42,524 nucleotides of DNA from Elusimicrobia bacterium RIFCSPLOWO2_01_FULL_59_12 (GCA_001800075.1 MGUR01000075.1:34986-77509); one strand, 5' to 3'. Shown: positions 26,910 through 34,272, counted from the first letter of the stretch. Notes: generated by a model not told the origin, from the letters alone. Translations and numbers: made by a program.

Positions 26910-27557
26910 TTATCTCGGTGTAAAAGGACTGATCGGATCCAACTTTTCGTGTTGACCCGGCTCGGGCGCCAGCAAAAGCAGCCCTGAGGGCTCCTCTCCT
27001 ACTACAACGGTTTCCGGCGCGGTCGCGGAAACTTCCTTCACCTGCCCATAAACGGTGACGGTGCCCGCCAATACCTTAATCGATGCGACTTTGGTTGTGG
27101 GGTCGGTCACCAAAGCTATGGCGTCGCCCGGTTTCAGAGTCACATGGGCCTTACCCACAGTGACACGAATCTCGCCGGCGCTCTCCGAAGTGGCCCCGAT
27201 CGCGATCGCGCCTGTTTGGCTATTGATCCGAACCGCCAAGCTGCTGCTTTCGGCCATATCGACTAACGCATCGTCGATGCGCAACCTTGCATGTCCGTAA
27301 ACCGCGCGAATCGCGGTCGCGAAAGAACTTAGTTCGATACTCGTCGACGGAGAAGCATGGAAGACCTTCCCGTCCGGCTTGACCACCAGGACCGTACCCT
27401 CGACGGATTCAAAATGAACCTGGCGCGCAGAGGGAGGAGCTGCCCATGTCAATGAGTGGAGAGTTAAACTACTAAGGAAGGCAACAAAAAACCGCCGCGT
27501 ACTGTCGCGACGGCTCTGCAGCTGGGGATCGGCGCCGACGGATGCATTACACTGCAT
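26910..27557 (-). CDS. Secreted protein of unknown function (possible FecR-like beta domain), first gene of the polysaccharide operon
   Basis: N-terminal STRRFFVAFLSSLTLHSLTWA-AP looks like a twin-arginine-type signal peptide. The mature part is beta-rich with an Ala/Val/Thr bias. I recognised no catalytic motif. Confidence 0.45.
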   Translation of the reverse strand: MQCNASVGADPQLQSRRDSTRRFFVAFLSSLTLHSLTWAAPPSARQVHFESVEGTVLVVKPDGKVFHASPSTSIELSSFATAIRAVYGHARLRIDDALVDMAESSSLAVRINSQTGAIAIGATSESAGEIRVTVGKAHVTLKPGDAIALVTDPTTKVASIKVLAGTVTVYGQVKEVSATAPETVVVGEEPSGLLLLAPEPGQHEKLDPISPFTPR

Positions 27558-27582
27558 GGTAGAAAGTCCTGCGCTTTCTACC
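27558..27582 (-). promoter_or_regulatory. Perfect 9-bp stem / 7-nt loop hairpin in the 5' UTR, ending at the start codon of the first operon gene
   Basis: The minus-strand RNA reads GGUAGAAAG-CGCAGGA-CUUUCUACC, directly followed by AUG (27557). The only SD-like element (AGGA) lies in the loop. Confidence 0.6.
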
Positions 27583-27597
27583 CTTCCGGCTTGTGGG

Positions 27598-27626
27598 ATT
27601 TAATAAAGCTTTAAAGCGGATGTCAA
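27598..27626 (-). promoter_or_regulatory. Candidate sigma70-type promoter of the polysaccharide operon
   Basis: The minus strand has TTGACA (27626-27621), a 17-nt spacer and TTAAAT (27603-27598). An A/T-rich UP-like stretch (ttctcaaattttt) precedes the -35. The predicted TSS near 27591 gives a 5' UTR of about 33 nt containing the hairpin. Confidence 0.5.
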
Positions 27627-27711
27627 GAAAAATTTGAGAAATCGATACATGAAAATTACGAGGGGATGAAGAAGCAGCCGGACTGACCTGTTATCAAAAT
27701 GTGACATAGCT

Positions 27712-27719
27712 CCCCCCCC
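27712..27719. repeat. Homopolymeric C8/G8 tract in the divergent intergenic region
   Basis: The plus strand reads agcTCCCCCCCCTGGGGtt. I saw no other homopolymer run this long in the intergenic DNA, though I did not scan the coding regions exhaustively. Confidence 0.9.
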
Positions 27720-27882
27720 TGGGGTTAGAAAACCTTTGCATCGCCGTGATATAGTGATCGACAAATCAATACGATTTTGATGCCGCTTCAATTATCTGAC
27801 AATCAGTTAGCAACTGTTTGCAGTTCGACGGCCGTATTGAATTTCTGTGTTTGACATGGTACGAAAGCGCTGGGGAGAAAGA

Positions 27883-28551
27883 ATGTCACAGGCCTTAAAA
27901 ACAATTTTAATCGCCGATGATGAGGCAAGTGTAACATCTGTCCTGCAACGCGTGGTAACCCGTTTGGGATACGAAGTCGCGGGGATTGCCAAGGACGGAC
28001 CTGAGGCGCTTACATTGGTTCGTTCCAAGAAACCGAACGTCGCCTTGATGGATATTCACATGCCCGGGATGGATGGTCTGGAGGTGACCCGACTGCTCCT
28101 TCCTTTGGAGACCACAGGTGTTGTCATCATCACGGCTGATCCGGAGCCCGCTCCTGCCCGTAAAGCGATGGATCTCGGCGCCTGTGGATACATCCTGAAG
28201 CCCTTTGATGTAAACGCCATTGGGCCCATCATGGAAGCCGCCTGGCATCGATTCCTAACAATGAAGGACATGAGAGAAGAAAGCAGGACGTTGGTTGAGG
28301 CGCTTGAGACACGCAAGCTAATGGAAAGAGCCAAGGGTGTTTTGATGAAACAGCGGGGCATGCAAGAAGCAATCGCTCATCGCAGCCTGCAGCAAATGAG
28401 CCAGGATCATGGAATTTCTCTGAAAGAGGCGTGTCGCATCGTCATCGAAGGAAGCCCGGAAGGGCCGCCCCTGAAAAATAGAGCCGTTTTCGTACGCCAG
28501 GTCGCTGCTGAAGTCCAGCGGCATAGACTCACGGATTCACCCAAGTCATAA
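27883..28551 (+). CDS. Response regulator with ANTAR RNA-binding output domain (REC-ANTAR)
   Basis: REC motifs are ILIADDE, ALMDIHMPGMDG and YILKPF. The ANTAR region is ALETRKLMERAKGVLMKQRGMQEAIAHRSLQQMSQDHGISLKEACRIV. I placed the start at ATG 27883, which has GGGGAG 6-7 nt upstream. The track start at 27847 is a GTG. Confidence 0.85.
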   Translation: MSQALKTILIADDEASVTSVLQRVVTRLGYEVAGIAKDGPEALTLVRSKKPNVALMDIHMPGMDGLEVTRLLLPLETTGVVIITADPEPAPARKAMDLGACGYILKPFDVNAIGPIMEAAWHRFLTMKDMREESRTLVEALETRKLMERAKGVLMKQRGMQEAIAHRSLQQMSQDHGISLKEACRIVIEGSPEGPPLKNRAVFVRQVAAEVQRHRLTDSPKS

Positions 28552-28602
28552 AACGATCGTAACGGAGTGAGAGCGGCCACATAGCCGCCACTGACAGGCG
28601 AG

Positions 28603-28640
28603 GAGGTCTGTCCCTTAAGGGACGGACCTCTTTTTCATTT
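28603..28640 (+). terminator. Rho-independent terminator between the ANTAR regulator gene and the protease gene
   Basis: GAGGTCTGTCCC-TTAA-GGGACGGACCTC forms 12 bp with one G-U pair, followed by TTTTTCATTT. Confidence 0.8.
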
Positions 28641-28692
28641 GTCCCGGAACCCTTCCTTAAGCAGACCCCCAAAGCCTTTTCACGAAAAAGCG

Positions 28693-29376
28693 ATGAAAAC
28701 ATTTTTACAAATCCTGGTTTCATGCACAATCCTCGTTAACCTATCCACGGAGGGCCTTCTGGCTAATCGGAACCCCAAGAATCTTCTGCTCCCTGCTGTG
28801 GCCGAGAAAACAAAACCAGCCGTGGTCAGAATCGAGAGGCTGATCTTTGACGAATACGAACAAGGGCGGTTACCGAAGTTCTCAGGAAGCGGCGTGTTGG
28901 TGTCCCCTCAAGGCCACATTTTGACCTGCGCTCACGTTCTCAGGCACGATCACGTCGTCCGCGTCATCTTGTGGGATGGGACCCAGGCAAAGGCTCGCGT
29001 CGTGTCTGTCGATGCGACCAACGATCTGGCACTTCTCCAGCTTATCCACTCCAAGAAGGAGACTCCCTTTGTGGGGTTTGCGAGTCCCGCAAGACTTGAC
29101 GAACCCGTGTATGTCATTGGACACCCTCTTGGGCTCCCCTGGGAAATTACCTTCGGGGTCATTACGCACCTTTCCGGAACCCTTCTGCAGTCAGACGCCC
29201 AGGTCCACCCAGGTTCAAGCGGCGGCGGCGTGTTCAGTGCCGAGGGCAAGTTAACGGCCCTGACGCAGGCGGTGCTTGAAAGCGCCCCCTCCACTTCGGA
29301 AGCCATACTGATAGACGGCCAGGTCTGTCAACGATTCTGGCAAAACTCGCGTTCACATTTTGTTTCGTCGAATTGA
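28693..29376 (+). CDS. Secreted trypsin-like serine protease (S1 family, no PDZ domain)
   Basis: Signal peptide MKTFLQILVSCTILVNLS. The catalytic triad context is TCAHVL (His), NDLALLQ (Asp) and GSSGGGVF (Ser). I placed the start at ATG 28693 because the track start at 28639 lies inside the terminator. Confidence 0.8.
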   Translation: MKTFLQILVSCTILVNLSTEGLLANRNPKNLLLPAVAEKTKPAVVRIERLIFDEYEQGRLPKFSGSGVLVSPQGHILTCAHVLRHDHVVRVILWDGTQAKARVVSVDATNDLALLQLIHSKKETPFVGFASPARLDEPVYVIGHPLGLPWEITFGVITHLSGTLLQSDAQVHPGSSGGGVFSAEGKLTALTQAVLESAPSTSEAILIDGQVCQRFWQNSRSHFVSSN

Positions 29377-29440
29377 TGGCACCCTCCAGCTAAGACCTGT
29401 GCCCGAACTCCGCCGCGTGGCGTCTGCCTCTTTAAGCGTC

Positions 29441-30775
29441 TTAGGCAGCCACAGGCAGCGCCGAATCCACGGCTTCCAGCGGCAAATACACCTTAAAAAT
29501 CGCTCCTTGTCCGGGTGTTGATTGCACCTCCATGCAGCCGCCGTAGGCACGGACAATATCAGAAACGATGCTGAGCCCCAGGCCCGTCCCTTGAGTACCT
29601 GATTTGGTTGTGATGAACGGTTCAAAAATCCGTTTGCGCAACTGTTCCGGAATCCCGACGCCTGTGTCCTGCACGGAAATGACGACCCAGTCCCGACCCG
29701 AAGCGCGCGTCTGTTCTGTGCGCAAAGTCAGCGTTCCCCCCTTGGGCATGGCGTCGATGGCATTGGTGCAAAGATTGACTACAACCTGTTCGATTTCACT
29801 TCGCCGGCCAACATACGGGCTCTCAACCCGGAGATCGGTCGTGACCTTCACGTCGAGCGCCTTCCTGCCGAGACGAGCCAGCATCACGGACTCTTCTAGG
29901 GCCTCTGAAAGATTAAACGGTTCTTTTTCTTTCGGCAACCGGGCAAACCGCAATAGATTTTCCACCAGACGGTTGCAGCGCTGGGCGCAGCGGTCGACCG
30001 CGGCCAGTGCCGCTCGATCGGAATGAGACGGGGGCATGCGCTCCAAGATATCGCATACATACCCAATGATGACGGACAAGGGGTTTCGGATTTCGTGTGC
30101 CAAGGCACCGGCCATATGGCCCATAGCAGAGAGCTTTTCCGCCTGAATCAGGGCTGCTTGCTTTTTGTCCAGTTCACCGGCTGTCGCCTTAAGTTCTTGC
30201 TTGAGTATCGCTTGCGTCGATTCCAGCTTTCGGAGCAGGGTGCGCTGTCTGGTGGTTTCCTCTGAGAGATAGCTTGTATAAATTGCGATCACGAAGAAAA
30301 GCGGAAACCGCAGAAGCATTTGCGGATTGAGGAGTTCCAAGGGTTTATCTTGGTGCATTAAAAGAGCCACATAGAGCAGGCCGCCCAGAAAGGTGAATGG
30401 GATGGCGTCCCGCAGGCGATGCCCCAGGCTCGATAGGTAAACGAGCAGGAAACAAATGAGATACAGATCCGCATCCACGCCGACGGTTTTGTAGAGTATG
30501 CCGCCCACAAGCACCGTATCCAGCAAAAAGGCCGTCGCTCCGCGATGCGGCGGGATTGCCCCAGTGTGCGCCAGCCACCAGAGCAGGATATTGGAAAGCG
30601 CATACAAGCCCAAAAACAGAAAAGAAGAGAGACTTGAGCCCGGATTGGCATCGCCATGGTATAGGGTCAGAAAGAAAAGGAGGGTCCAAAGAAGCCAGCG
30701 CAGACAAAGCAGGTTTCCACTCTCGGAGAGCAGGAGAGATTTCCGGGTTAGAGCAAACCAACTCACGAAAGCCAT
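29441..30775 (-). CDS. Membrane sensor histidine kinase (multi-TM N-terminal sensor, HisKA, HATPase_c)
   Basis: About 6 TM helices with only short loops, then a coiled coil. H-box AHEIRNPLSVI, N-box NLCTNAIDAM, G-boxes QDTGVGIP and GTGLGLSIV. I preferred ATG 30775 to the TTG at 30811. Confidence 0.85.
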   Translation of the reverse strand: MAFVSWFALTRKSLLLSESGNLLCLRWLLWTLLFFLTLYHGDANPGSSLSSFLFLGLYALSNILLWWLAHTGAIPPHRGATAFLLDTVLVGGILYKTVGVDADLYLICFLLVYLSSLGHRLRDAIPFTFLGGLLYVALLMHQDKPLELLNPQMLLRFPLFFVIAIYTSYLSEETTRQRTLLRKLESTQAILKQELKATAGELDKKQAALIQAEKLSAMGHMAGALAHEIRNPLSVIIGYVCDILERMPPSHSDRAALAAVDRCAQRCNRLVENLLRFARLPKEKEPFNLSEALEESVMLARLGRKALDVKVTTDLRVESPYVGRRSEIEQVVVNLCTNAIDAMPKGGTLTLRTEQTRASGRDWVVISVQDTGVGIPEQLRKRIFEPFITTKSGTQGTGLGLSIVSDIVRAYGGCMEVQSTPGQGAIFKVYLPLEAVDSALPVAA

Positions 30776-30837
30776 CGCTCTCTCTTTAGCGCGTCTCGCG
30801 CCTCTCCTCAAGGAAACTAAACGTAAACTAACTTCTG

Positions 30838-31365
30838 TTAAGCTGTGGCGGTGGACACGAGACGGAAGGCAGGAGACTGCGTGAATTCAGAGAGCCAGTC
30901 GTATTGCGCTTCGGTGTCAGGCACAAGGCGCCCTCGGGCTTCAGCAATTCGTGAAAAGGCGGAATCCACACGAACTCCTCTAGCCGCCAGCACGCAAGCC
31001 GCCAAAAGCGAAGAACGCCCCACGCCCATCCGGCAATGAAGGACAATCGACTCCCCTCGTGCAAGTTTGTTGACTAACGACTGTATCAACTGAATTGAAT
31101 TTTGGTTGACTTCGGGTACGCCGTGGTCAGGAACCGGAAAATGGATAAATTCGATACCTTGGGCTTTGCAGACTATGTGTTCTTGCTGCAAAGTCCATTC
31201 TTCAACTTCCTCCGGACTGAGAAGAGACACCAGCACGTCGACATTTTCCTCCCGCAAAGCTAATACTTCATCGACGAGTTGCACTCCCCCCCGAGGACGT
31301 GGCATGATTGCCAGACGCCCTGGAGACATTTCCGCGCTAGCAATCCAATAGACTCTGGTATTCAT
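30838..31365 (-). CDS. Cys-based protein phosphatase, dual-specificity/PTP-like (CX5R)
   Basis: P-loop VLHCRMGVGRSS (CX5R-S) and an upstream acid-loop candidate FPVPDHGVP. 175 aa. AAGGA RBS. Confidence 0.75.
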   Translation of the reverse strand: MNTRVYWIASAEMSPGRLAIMPRPRGGVQLVDEVLALREENVDVLVSLLSPEEVEEWTLQQEHIVCKAQGIEFIHFPVPDHGVPEVNQNSIQLIQSLVNKLARGESIVLHCRMGVGRSSLLAACVLAARGVRVDSAFSRIAEARGRLVPDTEAQYDWLSEFTQSPAFRLVSTATA

Positions 31366-31506
31366 CTCGTCCTTTCCGCTTCAAAAAAGCGTGCCAGTAA
31401 TTTGACTTGGGTTATTTTATTGATCTTGTGAAGTTTGCGCCACGGAAAAATGAGCACGTTCTCTCCGGGACGGATGCGTTCCGCCGTTGTCCCTTTTGTC
31501 TGGTTC

Positions 31507-32631
31507 TCAGAGCCGTTCATAAATAGGCAACTCCACAGTGAAAGTGGACCCCGCATCGACCTTGCTTTCGACATACAGAGCCCCGCGATGCTGCTGCACA
31601 ATCCCATAACAAATCGAAAGTCCAAGGCCCGTCCCTTGGCCCACAGGCTTGGTCGTGAAGAAAGGATCAAAAATCTTATCTTGAATGTCTTTCGGGATTC
31701 CATGGCCGTTGTCCGCACAGCGAACAAACACCTTGTTTCCCCGCTGTCCGGCTTCAATCACGAGCCGGCCCTTTTTGCCGCCCGCCATCGCTTGACGCGC
31801 GTTGGTCAGCAGATTCAGAAAGACCTGCTGCAGCTGGCTCGCGTCTCCCAAGATCAGCGGCAGCGTGGGAGGCACGGTCTGAGAGAGGTCGATCGCCGAG
31901 GTTGAAAAATCATATTTCACCAAGTCAAGAGTCGCCAGGAGGAGCGGCGCCAGATCGAGCACTTCTTGCAGAGGGTCCTTGCGACGGCTGAATTGCAGAA
32001 GGTTCTGGATGATCGTCCGGCACCTCTGGCTCTGGGCGTAGATCGTCTCGATATCTTTCCGTTGCTGGGCCGTCAGGCCGGCGTCCTCCAAAAGGAGCTG
32101 GGCGAAGCCCATGACGCCGCTTAACGGATTGTTGAGCTCATGCGCCACCCCGGCCGCCAGCTGCCCGATCCCCGCCAGTTTTTCCGATTGAATAAGCTGC
32201 ATTTGCGTCGCTTCCAACTTTTTCTTGGTCTCCCGCAGTTCGAGGATCGTTCTCCGGAGATCGCCTTTCTCCAGGGATTTTTCCGCAAGCTGGAAGAGCT
32301 CCTCCAGATTGAAAGGTTTTTGGACAAAGTCGTAAGCCCCTTTTTTCATCGCCATGACGGCGTCCTCGATGGTGGCGTAGCCTGTCATCATGATGACTTC
32401 CATGTCCGAGTCCAACTTCCGGATGTGCTCCAGGATCTCCAGGCCCCCCATTTTGGGCATATTGATGTCGCAGAGGACCAATTGGAATGTTTGCTGCGCC
32501 AGTTTTTCCAGGGCTTGACACCCATCCATCGCGGTGTCCACCTGGTACCCTTGCAGGGCAAACTCGTGAGACAGCAGATCGCGCAATCCCGCCTCATCAT
32601 CGATCACCAGGATTCGGGCATCCTTATTCAT
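31507..32631 (-). CDS. Cytoplasmic hybrid kinase: N-terminal REC domain plus HisKA and HATPase_c
   Basis: REC motifs are ILVIDDE, VLCDINMPKMGG and DFVQKPF. H-box AHELNNPLSGV, N-box LLTNARQAM, G-boxes DNGHGIP and GTGLGLSICYGIV. ATG 32631 lies 4 nt after the ATPase stop. The track start at 32667 is a TTG inside the ATPase gene. Confidence 0.85.
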   Translation of the reverse strand: MNKDARILVIDDEAGLRDLLSHEFALQGYQVDTAMDGCQALEKLAQQTFQLVLCDINMPKMGGLEILEHIRKLDSDMEVIMMTGYATIEDAVMAMKKGAYDFVQKPFNLEELFQLAEKSLEKGDLRRTILELRETKKKLEATQMQLIQSEKLAGIGQLAAGVAHELNNPLSGVMGFAQLLLEDAGLTAQQRKDIETIYAQSQRCRTIIQNLLQFSRRKDPLQEVLDLAPLLLATLDLVKYDFSTSAIDLSQTVPPTLPLILGDASQLQQVFLNLLTNARQAMAGGKKGRLVIEAGQRGNKVFVRCADNGHGIPKDIQDKIFDPFFTTKPVGQGTGLGLSICYGIVQQHRGALYVESKVDAGSTFTVELPIYERL

Positions 32632-32635
32632 CGCA

Positions 32636-33880
32636 TTACTGCACCGTATTCCGGAAAACTTCTTCAATCGTTGTGAATCCTCGACAAACCAAGTCCAGCC
32701 CGGACTGCCGGAGCGTGGCCATGCCCTGGTCTTGCGCCAATTTCTTGAGTTCTTCGACAGATGCCTCGGCTTGAATCAGTCGCTTCAGTTCATCGGTCAC
32801 CGGCATGAGCTCAAAAATGCCCTGCCGCCCGCAATACCCCGCGTCCTGACAGCGCGCGCACCCTTTGGGTCGGTAGAGCGTCGGGATCGTGCCGGTCTTC
32901 AACCCTGGAAATAGATTCTGCAGCATGCGCGCGGGGGGCTGGTAAGCTTCCTTGCAAGTCTCGCAAAGAAGGCGCATGAGACGCTGGGCCATGACCGAGA
33001 TGACCGTCGAAGCAATGAGATAGGAATCGATCCCGATGTCCAGCAAGCGGCCTACGGTTTCCGGGGCGCTGTTGGTGTGCAGAGTCGAAAGGACGAGATG
33101 CCCCGTCATGGCCGCTTTCATCGCCACCTCCGCCGTTTCTTTGTCGCGGATTTCCCCCACCATGATGACATCGGGGTCCTGCCGCAAAGAGGCCCGCAGG
33201 CCCGCCGAAAAGGTGAGACCGATCTTGGGGTTCAACTGCACCTGCGTGACACCGGCTTCGTCGTCCGCTTCGGACATCAGCTCGTATTCGATAGGGTCCT
33301 CCAACGTGATGATGTTCTTTAAAGGCGACCGCAGCCGCGTCAGAACGGAGTACAGCGTGGTCGTTTTGCCGCTGCCGGTGGGCCCGGTGACCAGAATAAT
33401 GCCCTGAGGTTTGTCGATGATCATCTCAAATTGGCTCTGGGTTTTGGGGGCCATGCCCATCTGGCCCAGGTCCATCGCGGCCACTGATTTATCAAGCAGG
33501 CGGATGACAACCTTCTCACCGTATTTTCCCGGCAGCGTGGAAATGCGCATCTCGATATCCCGGTCGCGAACCTTGGTGCGTATCTGGCCGTCTTGCGGCA
33601 GACGCTTTTCGGCGATATCCATCGCCGCCAGGATCTTGATCCGGGACACGATGGCAGGGCAGGCTTCCCTGGGAAATTGATGGATGGTTTGCAGCCCGCC
33701 ATCGATTCGGAAACGAAGAAAGAGTCCCTGCTCCTGCGGTTCGAGGTGGATGTCGCTGGCGCGCCGGCTGAGGGCCATCTCAAAAAGCTTGTCGACCACT
33801 CTCACGATGGGAGCCTGGGAATCCCCTCCCTCAAGACTCAGTTCTTTCGACAGAGGGGTCTTTGGCATTTTCGCGTTCAT
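32636..33880 (-). CDS. GspE/PilB-family secretion-type hexameric ATPase lacking the usual N-terminal domain(s)
   Basis: APIVRVVDKLFEMALSRRASDIHLEP, Walker A GPTGSGKTT, ITLEDPIEY, Walker B PDVIMVGEIRD, His box GHLVLSTLHTN, and the tetracysteine motif CETC...CARC. The start is ATG 33880 in an ATGA overlap with the upstream stop, with GGAGG 5 nt upstream. Confidence 0.85.
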   Translation of the reverse strand: MNAKMPKTPLSKELSLEGGDSQAPIVRVVDKLFEMALSRRASDIHLEPQEQGLFLRFRIDGGLQTIHQFPREACPAIVSRIKILAAMDIAEKRLPQDGQIRTKVRDRDIEMRISTLPGKYGEKVVIRLLDKSVAAMDLGQMGMAPKTQSQFEMIIDKPQGIILVTGPTGSGKTTTLYSVLTRLRSPLKNIITLEDPIEYELMSEADDEAGVTQVQLNPKIGLTFSAGLRASLRQDPDVIMVGEIRDKETAEVAMKAAMTGHLVLSTLHTNSAPETVGRLLDIGIDSYLIASTVISVMAQRLMRLLCETCKEAYQPPARMLQNLFPGLKTGTIPTLYRPKGCARCQDAGYCGRQGIFELMPVTDELKRLIQAEASVEELKKLAQDQGMATLRQSGLDLVCRGFTTIEEVFRNTVQ

Positions 33881-34263
33881 GGAGCCTCCGCGGACCTGCT
33901 TTCCGGGAGAAGCCTCTCCAGAGTCGCCGTCAAACGCTCCGGGTCCCACGGCTTGGTCAGATAATCGTCGGCGCCGCTTTCGAAACCGCGCAGCTGGTCG
34001 ATTTGTTGGCCGAGAGCAGTCAACATAACGACCGGGATCGCCTTGGTTTTAGGGTTGCTCTTGATCTGGCGGCAGATCTGCCAGCCATCCACTCTTGGCA
34101 TCATGACATCTAAAAACACCAGATCGGATGCGGCCGCCTCCAAAAGGCGAACTCCCTCTTCTCCATTGGAAGCCTCCATGACCTCATGGCCGGCCAGCTC
34201 CAAGCGCGTGCGTAAAATATCGCGATTTGCGGGATCGTCATCGATGACGAGAATCTTGCTCAT
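33877..34263 (-). CDS. Stand-alone receiver (CheY-like) response regulator
   Basis: 128 aa. Motifs ILVIDDD, VFLDVMMPRVDG, VMLTA and YLTKPW. No output domain. Confidence 0.9.
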   Translation of the reverse strand: MSKILVIDDDPANRDILRTRLELAGHEVMEASNGEEGVRLLEAAASDLVFLDVMMPRVDGWQICRQIKSNPKTKAIPVVMLTALGQQIDQLRGFESGADDYLTKPWDPERLTATLERLLPESRSAEAP

Positions 34264-34272
34264 GTTATTTCC

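Noticed and set aside
27693-27781. 8-nt inverted repeat ATCAAAAT ... ATTTTGAT flanking the poly-C tract, and the nearby ATCAA-N7-TTGAT
   Set aside because: These are short A/T-rich matches separated by about 75 nt. They are plausible by chance in an A/T-rich intergenic region and have no supporting symmetry.
27600-27791. 63-aa minus-strand ORF in the divergent intergenic region
   Set aside because: It spans the predicted promoter, has no RBS and has an implausible composition. It is more likely non-coding regulatory DNA.
28573-28612. Canonical ANTAR dual-hexaloop RNA target
   Set aside because: The first hairpin has a hexaloop (CACAUA), but without the conserved A1/G4 positions. The second candidate has a 10-nt loop. 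I therefore reported it only as a hypothesis, not as a feature.
28639-28692. Upstream start for the protease ORF
   Set aside because: It begins inside the terminator U-tract. ATG 28693 yields a classical signal peptide.
29377-29440. Expected bidirectional terminator between the convergent protease and kinase genes
   Set aside because: I found only weak stems (GGCAC...GTGCC, CTGCCT...AGGCAG) with large loops and no U-tract, so I did not call a terminator.
31381-31396. Sigma-54-like element (minus strand TGGCAC GCTTT TTTGA) upstream of the phosphatase gene
   Set aside because: The -24 half is perfect, but the -12 GC dinucleotide is absent or mis-spaced (GG-N10 gives TG). No bacterial enhancer-binding protein (AAA+ NtrC-type) is encoded in the window.
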